Shown here: positions 12,867-27,195 of the stretch, in pieces
How positions within the stretch are numbered: the first letter of the stretch is position 1
Layout: each line of letters starts with the position of its first letter
Source: Eledone cirrhosa
Taxonomy: Eukaryota
Direction: 5' to 3'
NCBI GenBank assembly: GCA_964016885.1
Contig: OZ024743.1
Coordinates: forward strand, 221,526,001-221,590,000
DNA length: 64,000 nt
Notes under the pieces: generated by a model
Databases searched by the model: none
Told to the model about the DNA's origin: nothing
Seen by the model: the letters and a program-made list of their open reading frames with translations, nothing else
Translations under genes and position numbers: made by a program

Positions 12867-12921
12867 ATGTTGCTGTTGTTGTTACTCTTATCATTAATGT
12901 CGTTGTTATGAATGTTGTTGT

Positions 12922-13030
12922 TCCCGCCGAGGTTAACTTTGTCTTTCATCCTTACGGGCTCGATAAAATAAAGTACCAGTAATATAGTAGGGTAATTGCT
13001 GGCCTTGTGTCAAACATAGAAACAATTATT
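12922..13030 (+). mobile_element. tRNA-derived SINE fragment
   Basis: cccgccgaggttaactttg...cgataaaataaagtaccagt...ggccttgtgtcaaacatagaaacaattatt. Confidence 0.85.
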
Positions 13031-14094
13031 AATATTAATGTTGTAATTGTAAGAAGGGCGGTGGATTGGCAGAATCTGTAGAGCGGCATATAGTGGTGGT
13101 GGTGGTGGTAGAGAGGATGTTATAGTTGTTGATGTTGTAATTGCAAATGATGCTATTGTTCTTGTTGATGCTATACCTCTAATTCCTGGGGATGATATTG
13201 ATGTTACTGGTGTTGTTCTTGTCAATGTTTCTGTTGTTGTTGTTGTTGTTGTTGTTCCATTTCTTCAGGTGATTTTTCCTTCATCCTTCGATCGCCATTT
13301 CTGTAGCTGCCATTGTTGTTGTTGTTATGGTATGGTCCATATTGTTGCTGATGTGGTTGTTGTTGCTGTTGTGCTATTTCTTCAGGTGATTTTTACTTCA
13401 CCATTCAATCACCATTTCTGTTGCCGTCATTGTTGTTATTGTTGCTATGGTATAGTCCATTTTGTTGCTGATGTGGTTGTTGTTGCTGTTATATTGTTTA
13501 CCATTGTTGTTGTCATGGTTATTGTTGCTATTTTGTTGTCCATACCAGTTTCTGTCCATTGTCACTGTTGCTATCTGTTTTTGTCTTTATTATTGCTATG
13601 TTGTTTTCAGTGATCTTTTTGCCGTTTTTATTATCGTTGTTATTGTTACAGTTGCTATTTTTCTTGTTTTATTTTGTCTACTTATATTTGCTGTTATTGC
13701 TTTTAGTGTTATTGAGGTTTTTTTATGTTGTTGTAGTTGTTGTTGCGGTTTGATGTTACGTAACATTTTTCAACAAAATTCCATTCCTATGACGTAACAT
13801 AACGGCATGAACATTAAAATGTGAAAAAAGGGAAAATAAAAAGAAAAGAGGAAAAGATTACAAAAATATTTCAGAGGTGAAAAGAATTGTATTTTGAGCA
13901 ATTCTTTCATTTTGTTCAATTTATATTGAACTTTATTTTTAGCCATAACATGGAGAAGATTCTGAAAATGGTTTCAAGGAGAGAGAGAAAAAAAAATAAG
14001 GAAAGGATACTAAATTTTCTATATTTTTATATATTATTGAAAATAAATAAATAAATAAATATAGAAAGATAGAGACAGACAGAAGGACAGACAC

Positions 14095-14178
<84 letters not shown>

Positions 14179-14198
14179 ACAGATAGATAAATAGATAT

Positions 14199-14571
14199 CT
14201 TTCTTTATTTGCCACAAGGGCGTACAAGAAAAGGGGAGATTACAAGACGTGGCGGCGGGGGTTTTACATAAAAATGATATAATTTTAACATTAATAGATA
14301 ACAATAAACTATATATAAAATAAAATAACAATTGAAATCCCCAACAGAGGAGAACGTTACTGCGTGGTTGTTTTACACCCCGTAGATAGAACAACCCTCA
14401 ACATCAGGAGCACGTTTTGTAGGTGTTGCCGTCTTCCCTCTGTTTGCCTTCCTCAACCTACAGGTTTATATACAGAGAAGGCCCATTCACTCGGGCCATT
14501 TTCGCCACATTCACTTCTTTTACTGGGGTGTAACACCTCTCTCTCCACTCTCACCTTCCTTCTGAAGTGGT

Positions 14572-14572
<1 letters not shown>
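14199..14572 (-). mobile_element. Tx1-like LINE 3' fragment within (GATA)n
   Basis: 3' UTR and C-terminal homology to 14628-15000. GATA arrays on both sides. Confidence 0.8.
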
Positions 14573-14624
<52 letters not shown>

Positions 14625-14627
14625 AGA

Positions 14628-16136
14628 TTTCTTTATTAACCACAAGGGCGCACAAGAAAAGGAGACAAAACAAAGATACATGCCGGGGATTTTACATACA
14701 ATCGTGTAAAAATATGAAAAATAAATATAATAATCGAAATCCCCAATAGGGGGGAGGCGCAACAAATGGGTTGTTTAATACCCCGTAGATAGAACAACCC
14801 TCAACTTCAGGAGCTTGTTGTGAAAGTGCTCCTTTCTTCCTTCTGCTCTCTTCTTCAACATACAGGTTTATATACAGAGAAGACCCAATCACTCGGGCCA
14901 TTTTTGCTTCATTCACCCACCTTTCAGTAAATATACTGTGGTGCAGTGCTTCTCTCTCCACTCTGATTCTCCTTCTAAAGAAAGGAATGAGTTGCTGTCC
15001 GGAGAGAAAGGCATCTGTCCTCAGTCCTCTCAATCTCGTCCACCATATAACCTCTTTCATCATAGCCACTATACAGAGGAAAACTGCCTCTCTTTCGTTT
15101 TTGAAAGAAGTTGGCGGTTTGATCCTTACTATGGACTCGGCATTCAACTGGATTTGTCCCATAAGCGACAGCACTTGTTCTGCGTAGTTTCATAGGTCGG
15201 TTACGCCCGGGCAGTGTACAATTGCGTGCAAGACAGTTTCAATGAACACGTCCTCTTGGAAGCATCCCTGCCGCGGCGTCCGTGCCTGTAGATCTTGTCA
15301 CGAACTGGTAGATCTCCTCGGTAGCACTGCCAGGCCAGGGACCTCTGGAAGTCGTCCATAGGTCCCGAGCGGAAAGTCCTACCAAACAGACTGGTGAATT
15401 CGTCGTCTTCGACGCCTAGAGTCTCTCCGAGCACGTCGTCGCCCGTGTAACGTACTAACCCTCTATAGAATGTCGAAGTGGAGTCTCCACTGATTGCTGT
15501 GCCCGCTTGACGGAGGACTGTGAGCGCCTGAGCGCATTCAATGTGCCAGGTGCCATTCTTCTTCGGTCTCCGCTTGACCCAGGACTGCAGCTCCGTCAGC
15601 GGGACAAGTTGCGGGAAGGCCTATCTCACAAATGGTGGGGAATACCTGTAGATGCCGTAGCCTCAGCGCATCATCAGCTTGCGCATCATCAGCGATGGCA
15701 TTCCCAGCTCTCCGTTGGAAGGGTGCTGACAGCAGACAGATCTCCTCACCAGTGGAGCCTGCTTCTTTCAAAGGAACTGAAAGTGCATGCGTTCCATCTT
15801 GGTGAGGTGTTCACGGGGACTAGGCACGAGGGTCAAGCGGTAGTAGATGACGGACGCTATGAAAGTGTTCGCCAGCTCCACTCGACCTTTCAAGGATAGT
15901 TTGCACTCTGCCCAACTCTGGGTGAGCGCAAATACCTTGGCCGTGACCTCGTTCCAGTTTTTCTCCACCTGGAGGTCCGGACCGAACCAGACCCCGAGCA
16001 ATTTCACCGGTCCGTCCGTCCAGCGTCCGACGTCGTTGTCGGACGGCATCGGTTTGCCTCTCCACGTACCGAGTTGCAAACCGACAGACTTGTCCGGGTT
16101 CAGTTTTGCTCCTGTGAGCCTTTCGTATTCCTGCAG
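14628..16136 (-). mobile_element. 5'-truncated Tx1-like LINE (post-RT region and C-terminus of ORF2, disrupted) within (GATA)n
   Basis: YERLTGAKLNPDKS..GPVKLLGVWFGP..KLSLKGRVELANTFIASVIYYRL..GELGMP..LAWQCYRGDLPVRDKIYRHG, with stops and frameshifts. Confidence 0.9.
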
Positions 16137-16379
16137 TAGATAGCCAGACAGACAGACAGATAGATATGTAGCTGGAAATGTCCAAATAAGCCAGCAACAA
16201 CATGAGCAAGTGTAATTATTATGTTGACGCTGGTTACATCTGTCTTGTCAACTGTCTTACTAGTTTACTTGAGATTTGTTGATGTTATTATTTAATAATC
16301 CTATATTTACTTTATCACCTATATTGCAAACTTTACTTTGATATTAATGTAAATGATATATACTCACATAGAAATCGAG

Positions 16380-16552
16380 GAATATTTTACCAAAAACTCG
16401 ATGGTAAAATGGGGAGGAGGTTGACATATATACGCCATCTAAACAATGTGTTGATTAGCGGCTTCGACTTATAAATGAGGTTTGGATTTTCGCCCATTTC
16501 TCAGATATGAATTTGAATTATGGGTTGACTTATATTCGAGTAGATACGATAA
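16380..16552. mobile_element. Possible decayed Tc1/mariner-superfamily (pogo/Tc2-like) MITE end
   Basis: gggttgacttatattcgagtagatacgata resembles such termini as I recall them. The partner end was not identified. Confidence 0.3.
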
Positions 16553-16660
16553 ATGGTATCTTGAGGCGGTGAATTAGTAGTTATGAGTCGTTAAAATATC
16601 GAGTATAACGCTTTAGGGTATTCGTTCCGTCTCTGTGAGAGAGAGAAAGAGAGAGAGAGA

Positions 16661-16717
<57 letters not shown>

Positions 16718-16766
16718 TGTGTGCATGAGTGAATGTGACTGTATGTATGAGAGTGAGAGAGAGAGA

Positions 16767-16820
<54 letters not shown>

Positions 16821-16824
16821 TGGA

Positions 16825-17133
16825 ATACCGAGTTAGATCTTATTTTATCGGCCTCGTCAGGATGAAAGGCAAAGTTGACCTCAACGGGATTTGAACTCAG
16901 AGCACAGAGACCTGACACAAATAACGCTAAGCATTCTATCGACCATTCTAACAACTCTGTTAATTCTCTGTCTCTAATGTTGATTAGATTGGCTAATCTA
17001 ATCAACATTATAGTGTATCGGTTCAAATCCCGCCGAAGTTAACTTTGCCTTTCATCCTTACGGGGTCGATAAAATAAAGTACCAGTAATGTACTGGGTAA
17101 TTGCTTGCCCTGTGTCTAAAGTAGAAACAATTA
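16825..17133. mobile_element. Two SINE fragments in opposite orientation (16825-16950 -, 17020-17133 +)
   Basis: Family core ggatgaaaggcaaagttgacctc / gttaactttgcctttcatcc. Confidence 0.8.
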
Positions 17134-17764
17134 TAGTGTATCGGCTTAGTTGTTCGAAGAACGGTACAACCTAATTGGGAAATTAATGTGAAAGTGACTG
17201 AGCATTCCACAGGGAGATTCAGTGTAACAGTGATTGACAAGGTTTGGCCATTCGACTTACAGGTGCAACACATTTTGACCAGTTGCTTGAACAGATGCAA
17301 CATTAAATATAGGGCTTTGCTCAAGAGCACACCACACCACTCAGTCTGGGAATAGAACACACCATCTTACGATCGTATACTGAACACTCTAACCACTAAG
17401 CCACACGCCTTTACATGACAACAAATAAGAGGTCAGGTACGAGTAATTCTATGACTGAACAGAGAAAGTAAATGAGAGTAGATGATAAAAGTAAAAAGAT
17501 ATTAGAAAAAAAATCTGATGAGTAATAAATGTGAAGATAACTTTTATAAAAATGATAAATAGAAGAATTGAGAAATAGAAAGCTGGTGAAAGAAGATTGA
17601 GTAGAGTTTCTGTGAGATTCACACTGTGCGGAAATTAAAACAGCGACTTCAACTTCTGCTGCTTACGCTGTTATGTTGAAGTAGCAGTAATTACTGATAG
17701 CATAAACTGGACATGATTAAAGTTAAATCAGAACACAGACACACACACACATATATATAGACAG

Positions 17765-17826
<62 letters not shown>

Positions 17827-17901
17827 CAGAGATATAGATATAGAGATATATATAGTAATAAATGCAAAGATCAAAATCCTCAGAGGACTCTATGACATTA
17901 C

Positions 17902-17965
<64 letters not shown>

Positions 17966-17970
17966 ATATA

Positions 17971-18305
<335 letters not shown>

Positions 18306-18349
18306 TGTACATTTTCTGCATATGCTTACATTACACAGACACACATGCA

Positions 18350-18383
<34 letters not shown>

Positions 18384-18407
18384 CATACATACATACATGC
18401 ATACATA

Positions 18408-18463
<56 letters not shown>

Positions 18464-18503
18464 GATAAATCTACCAAGAGTTTACGGTAGTGTCCAATCA
18501 TAT

Positions 18504-18534
<31 letters not shown>

Positions 18535-18614
18535 CGTGCAAAGAGAGAGGGAGGGAGTGGGAGACAAATATATTTATACATACATGCATGTGTTTCTATG
18601 TGAATGAGTGTGTT

Positions 18615-18793
18615 TGGCAGTATCGGTAGAGAGTCGGACGCCATGCTTTCCAGCATAGTTACGCCCCTTTACGGTCTGAGTTCAAATCCCGCCGAGGTTA
18701 ACTTTGCCTTTCATCCTTACGGGGTCGATAAAATAAAGTACCAGTAATGTACTGGGTAATTGCTGGCCTTGTGCCAAATGTAAAAACAATTAT
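18615..18793 (+). mobile_element. Near full-length tRNA-derived SINE
   Basis: A-box-like tggcagtatcgg, B-box gagttcaaatcc, core gcctttcatccttacggggtcgataaaataaagtacc, tail ggccttgtgccaaatgtaaaaacaattat. Confidence 0.9.
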
Positions 18794-18979
18794 AATTATA
18801 TAAATAAACAGGGTTATGCATTGTGCACACATCGTTAAATCTACATACATGCGTTTGTACATACATAGATACTTTCATACATAATACATACATACACACA
18901 TAAATACACACACAAATTCACACATATTCATACATACATACATATAATACATACATACATACATACATACATACATACA

Positions 18980-19011
<32 letters not shown>

Positions 19012-19170
19012 ATACATACATACTAATTTGAACTGATACTATTGCTTTGTTTGGTTTTTGTAATAGTCGTATTATTTTTAGACCTTTTTATTTCTGAAAA
19101 TTAAGGACAATGATGTTTGATTACGACCAAGAATCAAATAGGAAACGAAGTAATGGTTATTTAGTATTAA

Positions 19171-19228
<58 letters not shown>

Positions 19229-19659
19229 TTACACCTTAGCACCCCGAATTAATTTGGGAAAGGAAGCAACACGGAAATGGTTGAAGGAGTGCGAGGTGGA
19301 GGTAATGGAACATATAGGAAAGTATAGTGACATGTTAGAGCTCTTTATATGACAGCTTTAATATGACAGCCAAAATGATAAGAGGATAAATGAAACTGTT
19401 TCATGTGCAGTGATATTTGTGTGAATCAGTTCAAATTTAACGTTGTTTGCACATGGTTACTTCCTGGTTTCACAGTTGAACAGGACGTCTTTGAGTCGAA
19501 TCTTCAAATGAAAGAGGTTCGCTCAACTCTACAATCTTCTTTCCTCTATCCCCTTTTGATATTGACAAGAACACCGTGGGAAAGAAAATCAGGCTTGCCA
19601 TAATTAATTTGTCTTGTTCGCGGAAATTGTTGTTATCTTTTTAATCACTTATTTTTATT

Positions 19660-20068
19660 ATTGACAGTATCGTTAGAATGTCGGACATTATGTTTTGCGC
19701 CATAGAGTTACGGCCCTTTACGACTGGGGGCCGTGGGTTGGCAGTATTGGTAGAGAGTCAGACAACATGCTTCGCTGCATAGAGTTACGGTCCTTTACGG
19801 TCTGAGTTCAATTCCCGCCGATGTTAACTTTGCCTTTCATCCTTGTAGGGTCGATGAAATAAAATACCAGTGTCGCACTAGGGTCGATTTGATCGACTTT
19901 CCCTCTCCCCAAATTGCTTGTCTTGTGCCTATAGTAGGAATCATTTTCTGAGTTCAAATACGGCCGAGGTTAACTTTGCCTTTCATCCTTACGGGGTCGA
20001 TAAAATAAAGTACTAGTAATGCACTGAGATAATTGCTGGCCTTGTGCCAAAAGTAGAAACAATTATTA
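19660..20068 (+). mobile_element. Tandem cluster of three SINE copies or fragments
   Basis: Repeated head, core and tail motifs of the same family. Confidence 0.85.
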
Positions 20069-20516
20069 TATTTCCCTTTGATTTCGCTATATATGGTGGT
20101 CGCTGTGGTGGTGGTGGTTTTCCCATCAGCGAAGTAGTGCTGTTCGTATAGGTCACAGTGTCAATCGATATGGGCGGGAACATTCTAATAAAGAGTTCCA
20201 TCTACTGCCAAATATCTATCAAATGCCGGAGTCGATATAATCAAAAACATTTGTTATTGCACATATGATAGTCATGAATATTTCAATTAGCATTCTCTTA
20301 TTAGCGAAGGATATTCGCTTGAATCACACATTTAGGATGTTGATAATTGCAGTTAGTACTGTTCGCCCTTTCGTTACCATGTTTCTAATGAAATAAGAAA
20401 ATAATGAGGAATTCGAAGTATCTTATTAACATATATTTCTCATTGTTAAACTGGTGTTTCGAATAAACTTTAAAAAGTTTCCTAAAAAAAATTATAATGG
20501 AAGATGTTGAAATAAA

Positions 20517-20858
20517 TACGAAGGTCGGCTGAGAATTTCATACGCCGAAAGGTTTACAAGCTGACCAAGATACTCTCATGGAATGACCAAAGGAGGTTTA
20601 ATTCTCAACATAGTATCTGGATAGAAGTAATGCAGTTATTAATAGGAAGAGTTGAAATTAATGCAGGCAAGAAAAAATCATAGGCTGATTATGAAGGATT
20701 GATGCTAGAGCTGTAAAATCTTGCATGCAACAATTTCAACTCTTTTTATCAATAACTGCATTGTTTCTTTCCAGGAACTAAGTTGAAAAATAAACTTCAT
20801 TTGGTCATTACATGAGAGTATGTTGGTCAGCCTGGGAACCTTTCAGCCAGCCTGCGTA
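20517..20858. mobile_element. Mariner-type MITE (largely palindromic)
   Basis: TA|CGAAGGTCGGCTGAGAA...TTTCAGCCAGCCTGCG|TA termini with long internal inverted arms. Related to 38769-38947. Confidence 0.75.
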
Positions 20859-22145
20859 CATAGGAAACGTAAACACATTATGTGCTGATTATGTGTCAAC
20901 ATAAAGTTCCCTTCGTTCACTCACACACACTGACACAAAAACACACACACACATATTGTGTGCACGTGTGTATGTGTGTGTGTGCGTGTGTGTGTACGTA
21001 AGTAGATACGGAAAGGAGACTTCCTGTTATAATATAATGAAAGAAGATTTGGGAAAGCAATAAAGAAAAACTGTATCTCTTTACGAGGTAGACCTCTTTA
21101 AGAATTAATTAAACAAAAAGATGAGCTTTTTAATAAGATATGAACCATATGTTCTGGTGTATTTATATATTATCCAGCTGTTACTACTATCTAGAATATT
21201 CTATATAGATATATCTATAACCATAATACAATTAATACCATTTATCATCATCATCACACTATCAGCAGATGTATCTTCACCACCAACACCACCACCACTA
21301 TAATCATCATCAACACCACCCCACTATAACCATCATCGCCAGCACCACTAGAATCACCACCAACACCATCACCACCATCATCATTGTGTCTACAACGTCA
21401 TGAGTTTAAGTCCCACCGAAATCAACTTTGTTTTTTCGTCATTCGAAGTCCATAAAATATAGCACCAGCCCAGGACAATCAGTGATGGAATATCTAGAAC
21501 ACCAAATGAGATGCCTTGTGGTTTGAATTTAAATCCTCTGTGGTCTATCTGAGTAGTAAACTTAATACGACACCCGGATTAAAACACCACATGGTCTTTG
21601 GGCCATTTAGCGGAGAACACACTGATTCAAGCTTCTGGACCGGGTATCTGGTTTCAGAATACCTTTCTCCTTACCTTCCACAAGTCTCGAGGGGGTGTGT
21701 AAAAGGGTCACGGGCAGTGCTCTTCCCTTCCTAATTAAACATTTAAGATATATATAAGAAAGGGTGTAGTTGATGCAAGGTTATCAACACGTAGGGGAGA
21801 AAGAGAGCTAAATACAAGCGTTTTAATGCTATTTTCTATGTTAAAGGAGGGGTTTATCTTGCCATCCCAGGACAGACATCAGTCTCACCACAGGGGCTTT
21901 TATTGGGCAATAAGTAAACTAAAACATTAAAGAAAACAAAAGATAGACGTAGAAAAAAACCCGACTTAAATTTATAATTATGGAATCGTTATAACAAATT
22001 CCATATGACTTGACTGGCGGGAAGAAAAACAACTGAGTTGATAGAAGGAAATTGAGAAGGTTGAGAGCTAAGAGCAAGGGAAAGAGGGGAACGAGCAGGA
22101 ATGAGGGTTAAGAGAGGAGGAGAGAAAGTTGAGAGGCTGGAGAAA

Positions 22146-22237
<92 letters not shown>

Positions 22238-22618
22238 AAAAGGAAGAGAGGGCGAGAGAGGGGGAAAGAGAGGGTAAGGATGAGACAAAATGAGAAAGTG
22301 AGTGAAAGAGAAAGAGATAAAGTGGTAGCGACGTTTTTCACTGCATATTTCTGTCATAGGAATTCTCTCATGTGAGAAATATATTCTTATTGCTTGGAAT
22401 TCTAGAGACGGTTTATTATTAAATTTCACAGTTTTAGGAAGTGGCAGCAAAACGTGTGTTTACCACTGTGGCGGTTATATTAATAGCTATCTTGTTATAT
22501 AGCTATCATTGTAGGTTCGTTGGTTGAGAATAGAATCAAAGCTCCGTCACATGAACATAACAATGCTTTGGAACAGTGTTCTTTAATATATCAGTTAGTG
22601 TGTGAATATGTACGTATG

Positions 22619-22711
<93 letters not shown>

Positions 22712-22713
22712 AT

Positions 22714-23167
<454 letters not shown>

Positions 23168-23261
23168 TACATACATACATATGTATATTTACATATATAT
23201 ATATGCATATATATATACGCACACATATATATATACATATATATACATATATATATATATA

Positions 23262-23447
23262 ATATAAGATAAAAAGATGGTTAAAAGAGTTCCAAGTATT
23301 TTATTATGCGCCATCATGAGATGATATGTGCGTTTTCATCAGATAAAATAGGAATACATGATATGAAGGTTAAAAAACACTTGTTGAATAGTGAAGTTTT
23401 AAATCAACATATGTTGATATATTATCCCTACATTATTGATAACCTGA

Positions 23448-23510
<63 letters not shown>

Positions 23511-23753
23511 CTGTATATATGGGATAACAAGTTATCGTTATAGGTAATCCAGTTAGAGGTTGTGAGAACTCTGTATTGTGGTTAGTTTTAGTACTGAGGA
23601 TTTGATCAGAGGTAAACACTGTATTTAAGGTCGAGGGGCGCAACTTCGAGTGATTAGCGGCCTTTAGACTCACCTGATCAATGAAGCAATTGTTAATACT
23701 TGAAATAAAGCCCCTTGTTGTACAGCCGACCATGCTATTCTTCAATCTTTCAC

Positions 23754-23786
<33 letters not shown>

Positions 23787-23950
23787 AGATCAAAAGATGG
23801 TTAAAAGAGTTCCATGTATTTTATTATGCGCATTTCAAAAACAAATATCATCATGCAATGACATTTGTGTTTTCATCAGATAAAATAGGAAGACATGATA
23901 TGAAGGTTAAAAAACACTTGTGAATAGTGCAGTTTTAAATCAACATATGA
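23262..23950 (-). mobile_element. Two direct copies (23262-23412, 23782-23950) of an HHR-bearing terminal repeat, each following (TA)n
   Basis: tataagat(a/c)aaaagatggttaaaagagttcca...gttttaaatcaacatatg is duplicated. The first copy has a deletion removing the GAAA box. Confidence 0.75.
23817..23887 (-). ncRNA. Type I hammerhead ribozyme, intact
   Basis: TATTTTAT-CTGATGA-AAACACAAATGTCATTgcatGATGATATTTGTTTTT-GAAATGCGCATA-ATAAAATA: 8-bp stem I, long stem II, palindromic ATGCGCAT stem III, AUA site. Confidence 0.8.
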
Positions 23951-24502
23951 AAAGTAGTTTTAGATTGATGTGTGATATTGGGAAAAAAATGTTTGAGGGG
24001 GGTGGGGGTGGAAAGGATGAAAAAGAGGAGGAGATGAGAGTAAAAAATTGGAGGGGGAGGAGTATAATGAGGAAGGATGAGATAGGAGGAGAGATGGGTG
24101 ATAGAGAGAGAGAGATAGCTTTTATAACTGAGAAAAATATATTGTTTTACATAGAGAGGTTGAAAAGCCGTTGGAAGATAATATATAAATTAAAAGAATT
24201 TGAAAATTAACGAAAAAGATCTTTTGATCTTATATATTATGTATACTCCAGTCCTACAAATTGTAGAGTGCTTCTTATCCGATATCTGTATTGCTTTATT
24301 GTACTACAATAAAACTCACCTCCTACATATATATATATATATATAAGCAACTACACATCCATTTAGATATATGCATACATAAATATGTACATAGACTTAC
24401 AATGTATGTGATTATATATGCACACACATGCACAAATACGTGTACATACATACTTGTCTATATACATACCAATGTATGTATGTATACATGCTTTTAAATA
24501 AA

Positions 24503-24579
<77 letters not shown>

Positions 24580-24667
24580 ATCAGCCATTGAACGTGAGGA
24601 GTATCCTTCCAAATCTGATTTGGTCGTCCAAGACGAAATATACGTAGAATAATGATAATTGCCAAAG

Positions 24668-25800
24668 CGAGTGGGGATCAAAAATTTCGCGGAATTTTTC
24701 AGAAAATAATCTATTTTTCAAAAAATATGATTTATCTTCAATTTATTTTTCTACATAGTTGCCATCCAGGTCAATACACTTCACAAGGCGATCCTTCCAG
24801 CTTGGTAAGCCGTCTCTAAAGAAAGTTGAAGGCCTTGTTCGAAGCCATGTGTTGGCAGTGTTTTTAGCTTCTTCAACACCACTAAAACGGGTTCCTTTTA
24901 GCATTTCTTTGAGTTTTAGAAAGAGGAAAAAGTCTGATGGTTGCTAAATCTGGACTATAAGGCGGGTGAGGAAGCACTTCCCATCGAAATTCTCGAAGAA
25001 CTTCTTTTGCAACCCGCGCAGAATGCGCTGGTGCATTGTCATGGTGAAACAAGATCCCACCATGAAGTTTCCCTTTTCGTTTCTTGACTAATGCCTCTTA
25101 AAACATTTGCATAGTAAGCTCCTGTCACAGTTCTTTTACCTTCAAGATAATCTATTAGTATCACGCCATCCGAAACCCAGAAAATGGTGGTCATAACTTT
25201 TTGATCCGACTTTTGAGATTTGAACTTTATTGGCCCCGATGATCCACGTGGAAGCCACTGTTTTGACTGCTGTTTGGATTCAGGATCATACTGGTAGATC
25301 CAGGTTTCATCTCCGGTGATGATTCTGGTCAGGAAATGCTCTTCATCAACTTCAATGTTGTTTAATATCGCCAAAGACAGATCACTTCGAAGAATCAGCT
25401 GATCAGGGCGCAACGCTTTTGGAAACCATCGCGCTGAAAGCTTGCTTAGTCCCAAATTATCGTGCAGAATTGAATTTGCCGAACCATATGAAATGTCTAG
25501 GGACTTAGCTAACTGATTAACTGTTATTCTTCGATCTTCTTCAATTAAAGTCTGAGCAGCCTCAACGTTTTGGTCATTTTTTGATGTTCCTAGTCTTCCA
25601 CTGAGATGGTCGTCTTCAAGGTTTGTCTCTCCTTTGTTTGAATCGCTGAATCCAGTTTTCTTTGGAGCAGTAGTACCGTAAACTATAACTAAAGCCTCCA
25701 TAATCTGTGTCCTTTTCCATTTGAGTTTCACCAGAAACTTGATATTCAATCTTATCTCAAAATAACTATTTTCCATTGTTCCAAAAAGAGGTTTTTTCGT
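24668..25800 (-). mobile_element. Mariner transposon remnant with one recognisable terminal repeat
   Basis: cgagtggggatcaaaaattt TIR-like end at 24668. Encloses the transposase pseudogene. Confidence 0.8.
24743..25776 (-). pseudogene. Mariner D,D34D-type transposase, frameshifted
   Basis: Motifs WFPKAL, IITGDETWIYQYDPESKQQSKQW, ILFHHDNAPAH, HPPYSPDLA, SDFFLF and KCIDLDGNYVEK* are spread over several frames. Confidence 0.93.
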
Positions 25801-26092
25801 ATATAACCATAATTCATTTTATTCGTAATCTGCTGAAAGGCTTCTTTTTGTAGAATTAATAATTACGTTGCCATCACGAAACTACGAACACGACTTCACC
25901 AGACAACCTCTTAACTAATAATGATATTATGAAATATTTCTAATACAATACAGCCTAACTATGTGGGAGGAACGGATTCGACGTTGATTTTTATGAGATT
26001 CCGTCCTGTTATCGTATTCCACTTGAAATGTTACAGATTGTGAATGAAATGAATTATGAATATCTACATCTCACCTTTACAATTGTCATTAT

Positions 26093-26251
26093 TGGACGCC
26101 ATGCTTTGATGCATAGAGTTACGGCCTTCGCCATTCTGAGTTCAAATCCCGCCGAGGTTAACTTTGCCTTTCATCCTTACGGGGTCGATAAAATAAAGTA
26201 CCAGTAATGCACTGGGTAATTGCTGGCCTTGTGCCAAAAGTAGAAACAATT

Positions 26252-26254
<3 letters not shown>
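26093..26254 (+). mobile_element. tRNA-derived SINE
   Basis: B box, core and tail ggccttgtgccaaaagtagaaacaattatt. Confidence 0.9.
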
Positions 26255-26305
<51 letters not shown>

Positions 26306-26825
26306 AAATAACTTAACATTCGAACCCGTAACTATAACATCGCTTTCTAGCTAACCACCTTCTCTTCCCCCACACTACAAGACAATACACTGCTTATCAC
26401 TATAAATGGTAACTCAGTGCAATTCGCAGATTACTACTACGAACCCAAAGTTCACTCACTACACAGACTTCGTCTGTCCCCTCTCTATCTCTCTCTCTCT
26501 CTATCTCTCTCTCTCTACATCCATTACACTCTCTCTCTCTCGCCTTTGGCCTACCTCCCTCCCTCTCCATATCTATGAACCTGCTCTCTGGGGCAATAAA
26601 TAATTCCGACCTTAACTATCAACGCATCTCTCCAAAAGTAACCAGTATAATAAAACCCCTACCATAACATTTTGATTAAGATATCTACAAACCACTCTCT
26701 CCTATTTCTCCAACCCCTACATATCTCTCTCTCTCCCTCTCCCCTACTTTTATCTCTTCCTTTTCTACTCTATCTTCCCCAACAACCCCACTTAAGGGTA
26801 TTTACATTGTACATTTTAACCATTC

Positions 26826-26941
26826 TGCTCTGAGGATACAGTGGTTACAGCATTGGATATTTGAGTTCTGCAAATAGTTGTAAATTTGCACATAGCATAA
26901 CTAGGCTGTATGTAGTACCACCGTGGAAACATTTGTAAGCA
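26826..26941 (+). ncRNA. Type I hammerhead ribozyme with ~89-nt stem II region, inside (TA)n-flanked element ~26300-27137
   Basis: TGCT-CTGAGGA-TACAGTGGT TACAGC...GCTGTA..ACCACCGTG-GAAACATTTGTA-AGCA. GUA site, AATAAA 6 nt downstream. Confidence 0.7.
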
Positions 26942-27133
26942 CACGGAATAAACTACCTTTTTATGATGTCTACCTGTTATTATTCATTCTTTATATACAC
27001 TCCGGAATACAGCAGGATCAGGAACTAAGTTTCTTCAACAATTCTTCCATAACTCGTAGAGTAACCTCTCACCGTACCTCAACCATATCCAGTGTAGTAA
27101 TTAACCATTACTACATCTAGGATAATCCTATAC

Positions 27134-27195
<62 letters not shown>

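Noticed and set aside
18615-18695. tRNA gene
   Set aside because: A and B boxes are present but I cannot fold a cloverleaf. It is the head of a multi-copy SINE.
25039-25776. Active mariner or SETMAR-like domesticated gene
   Set aside because: Frameshifts separate the catalytic motifs, the HTH region has a deletion, and there is no SET domain.
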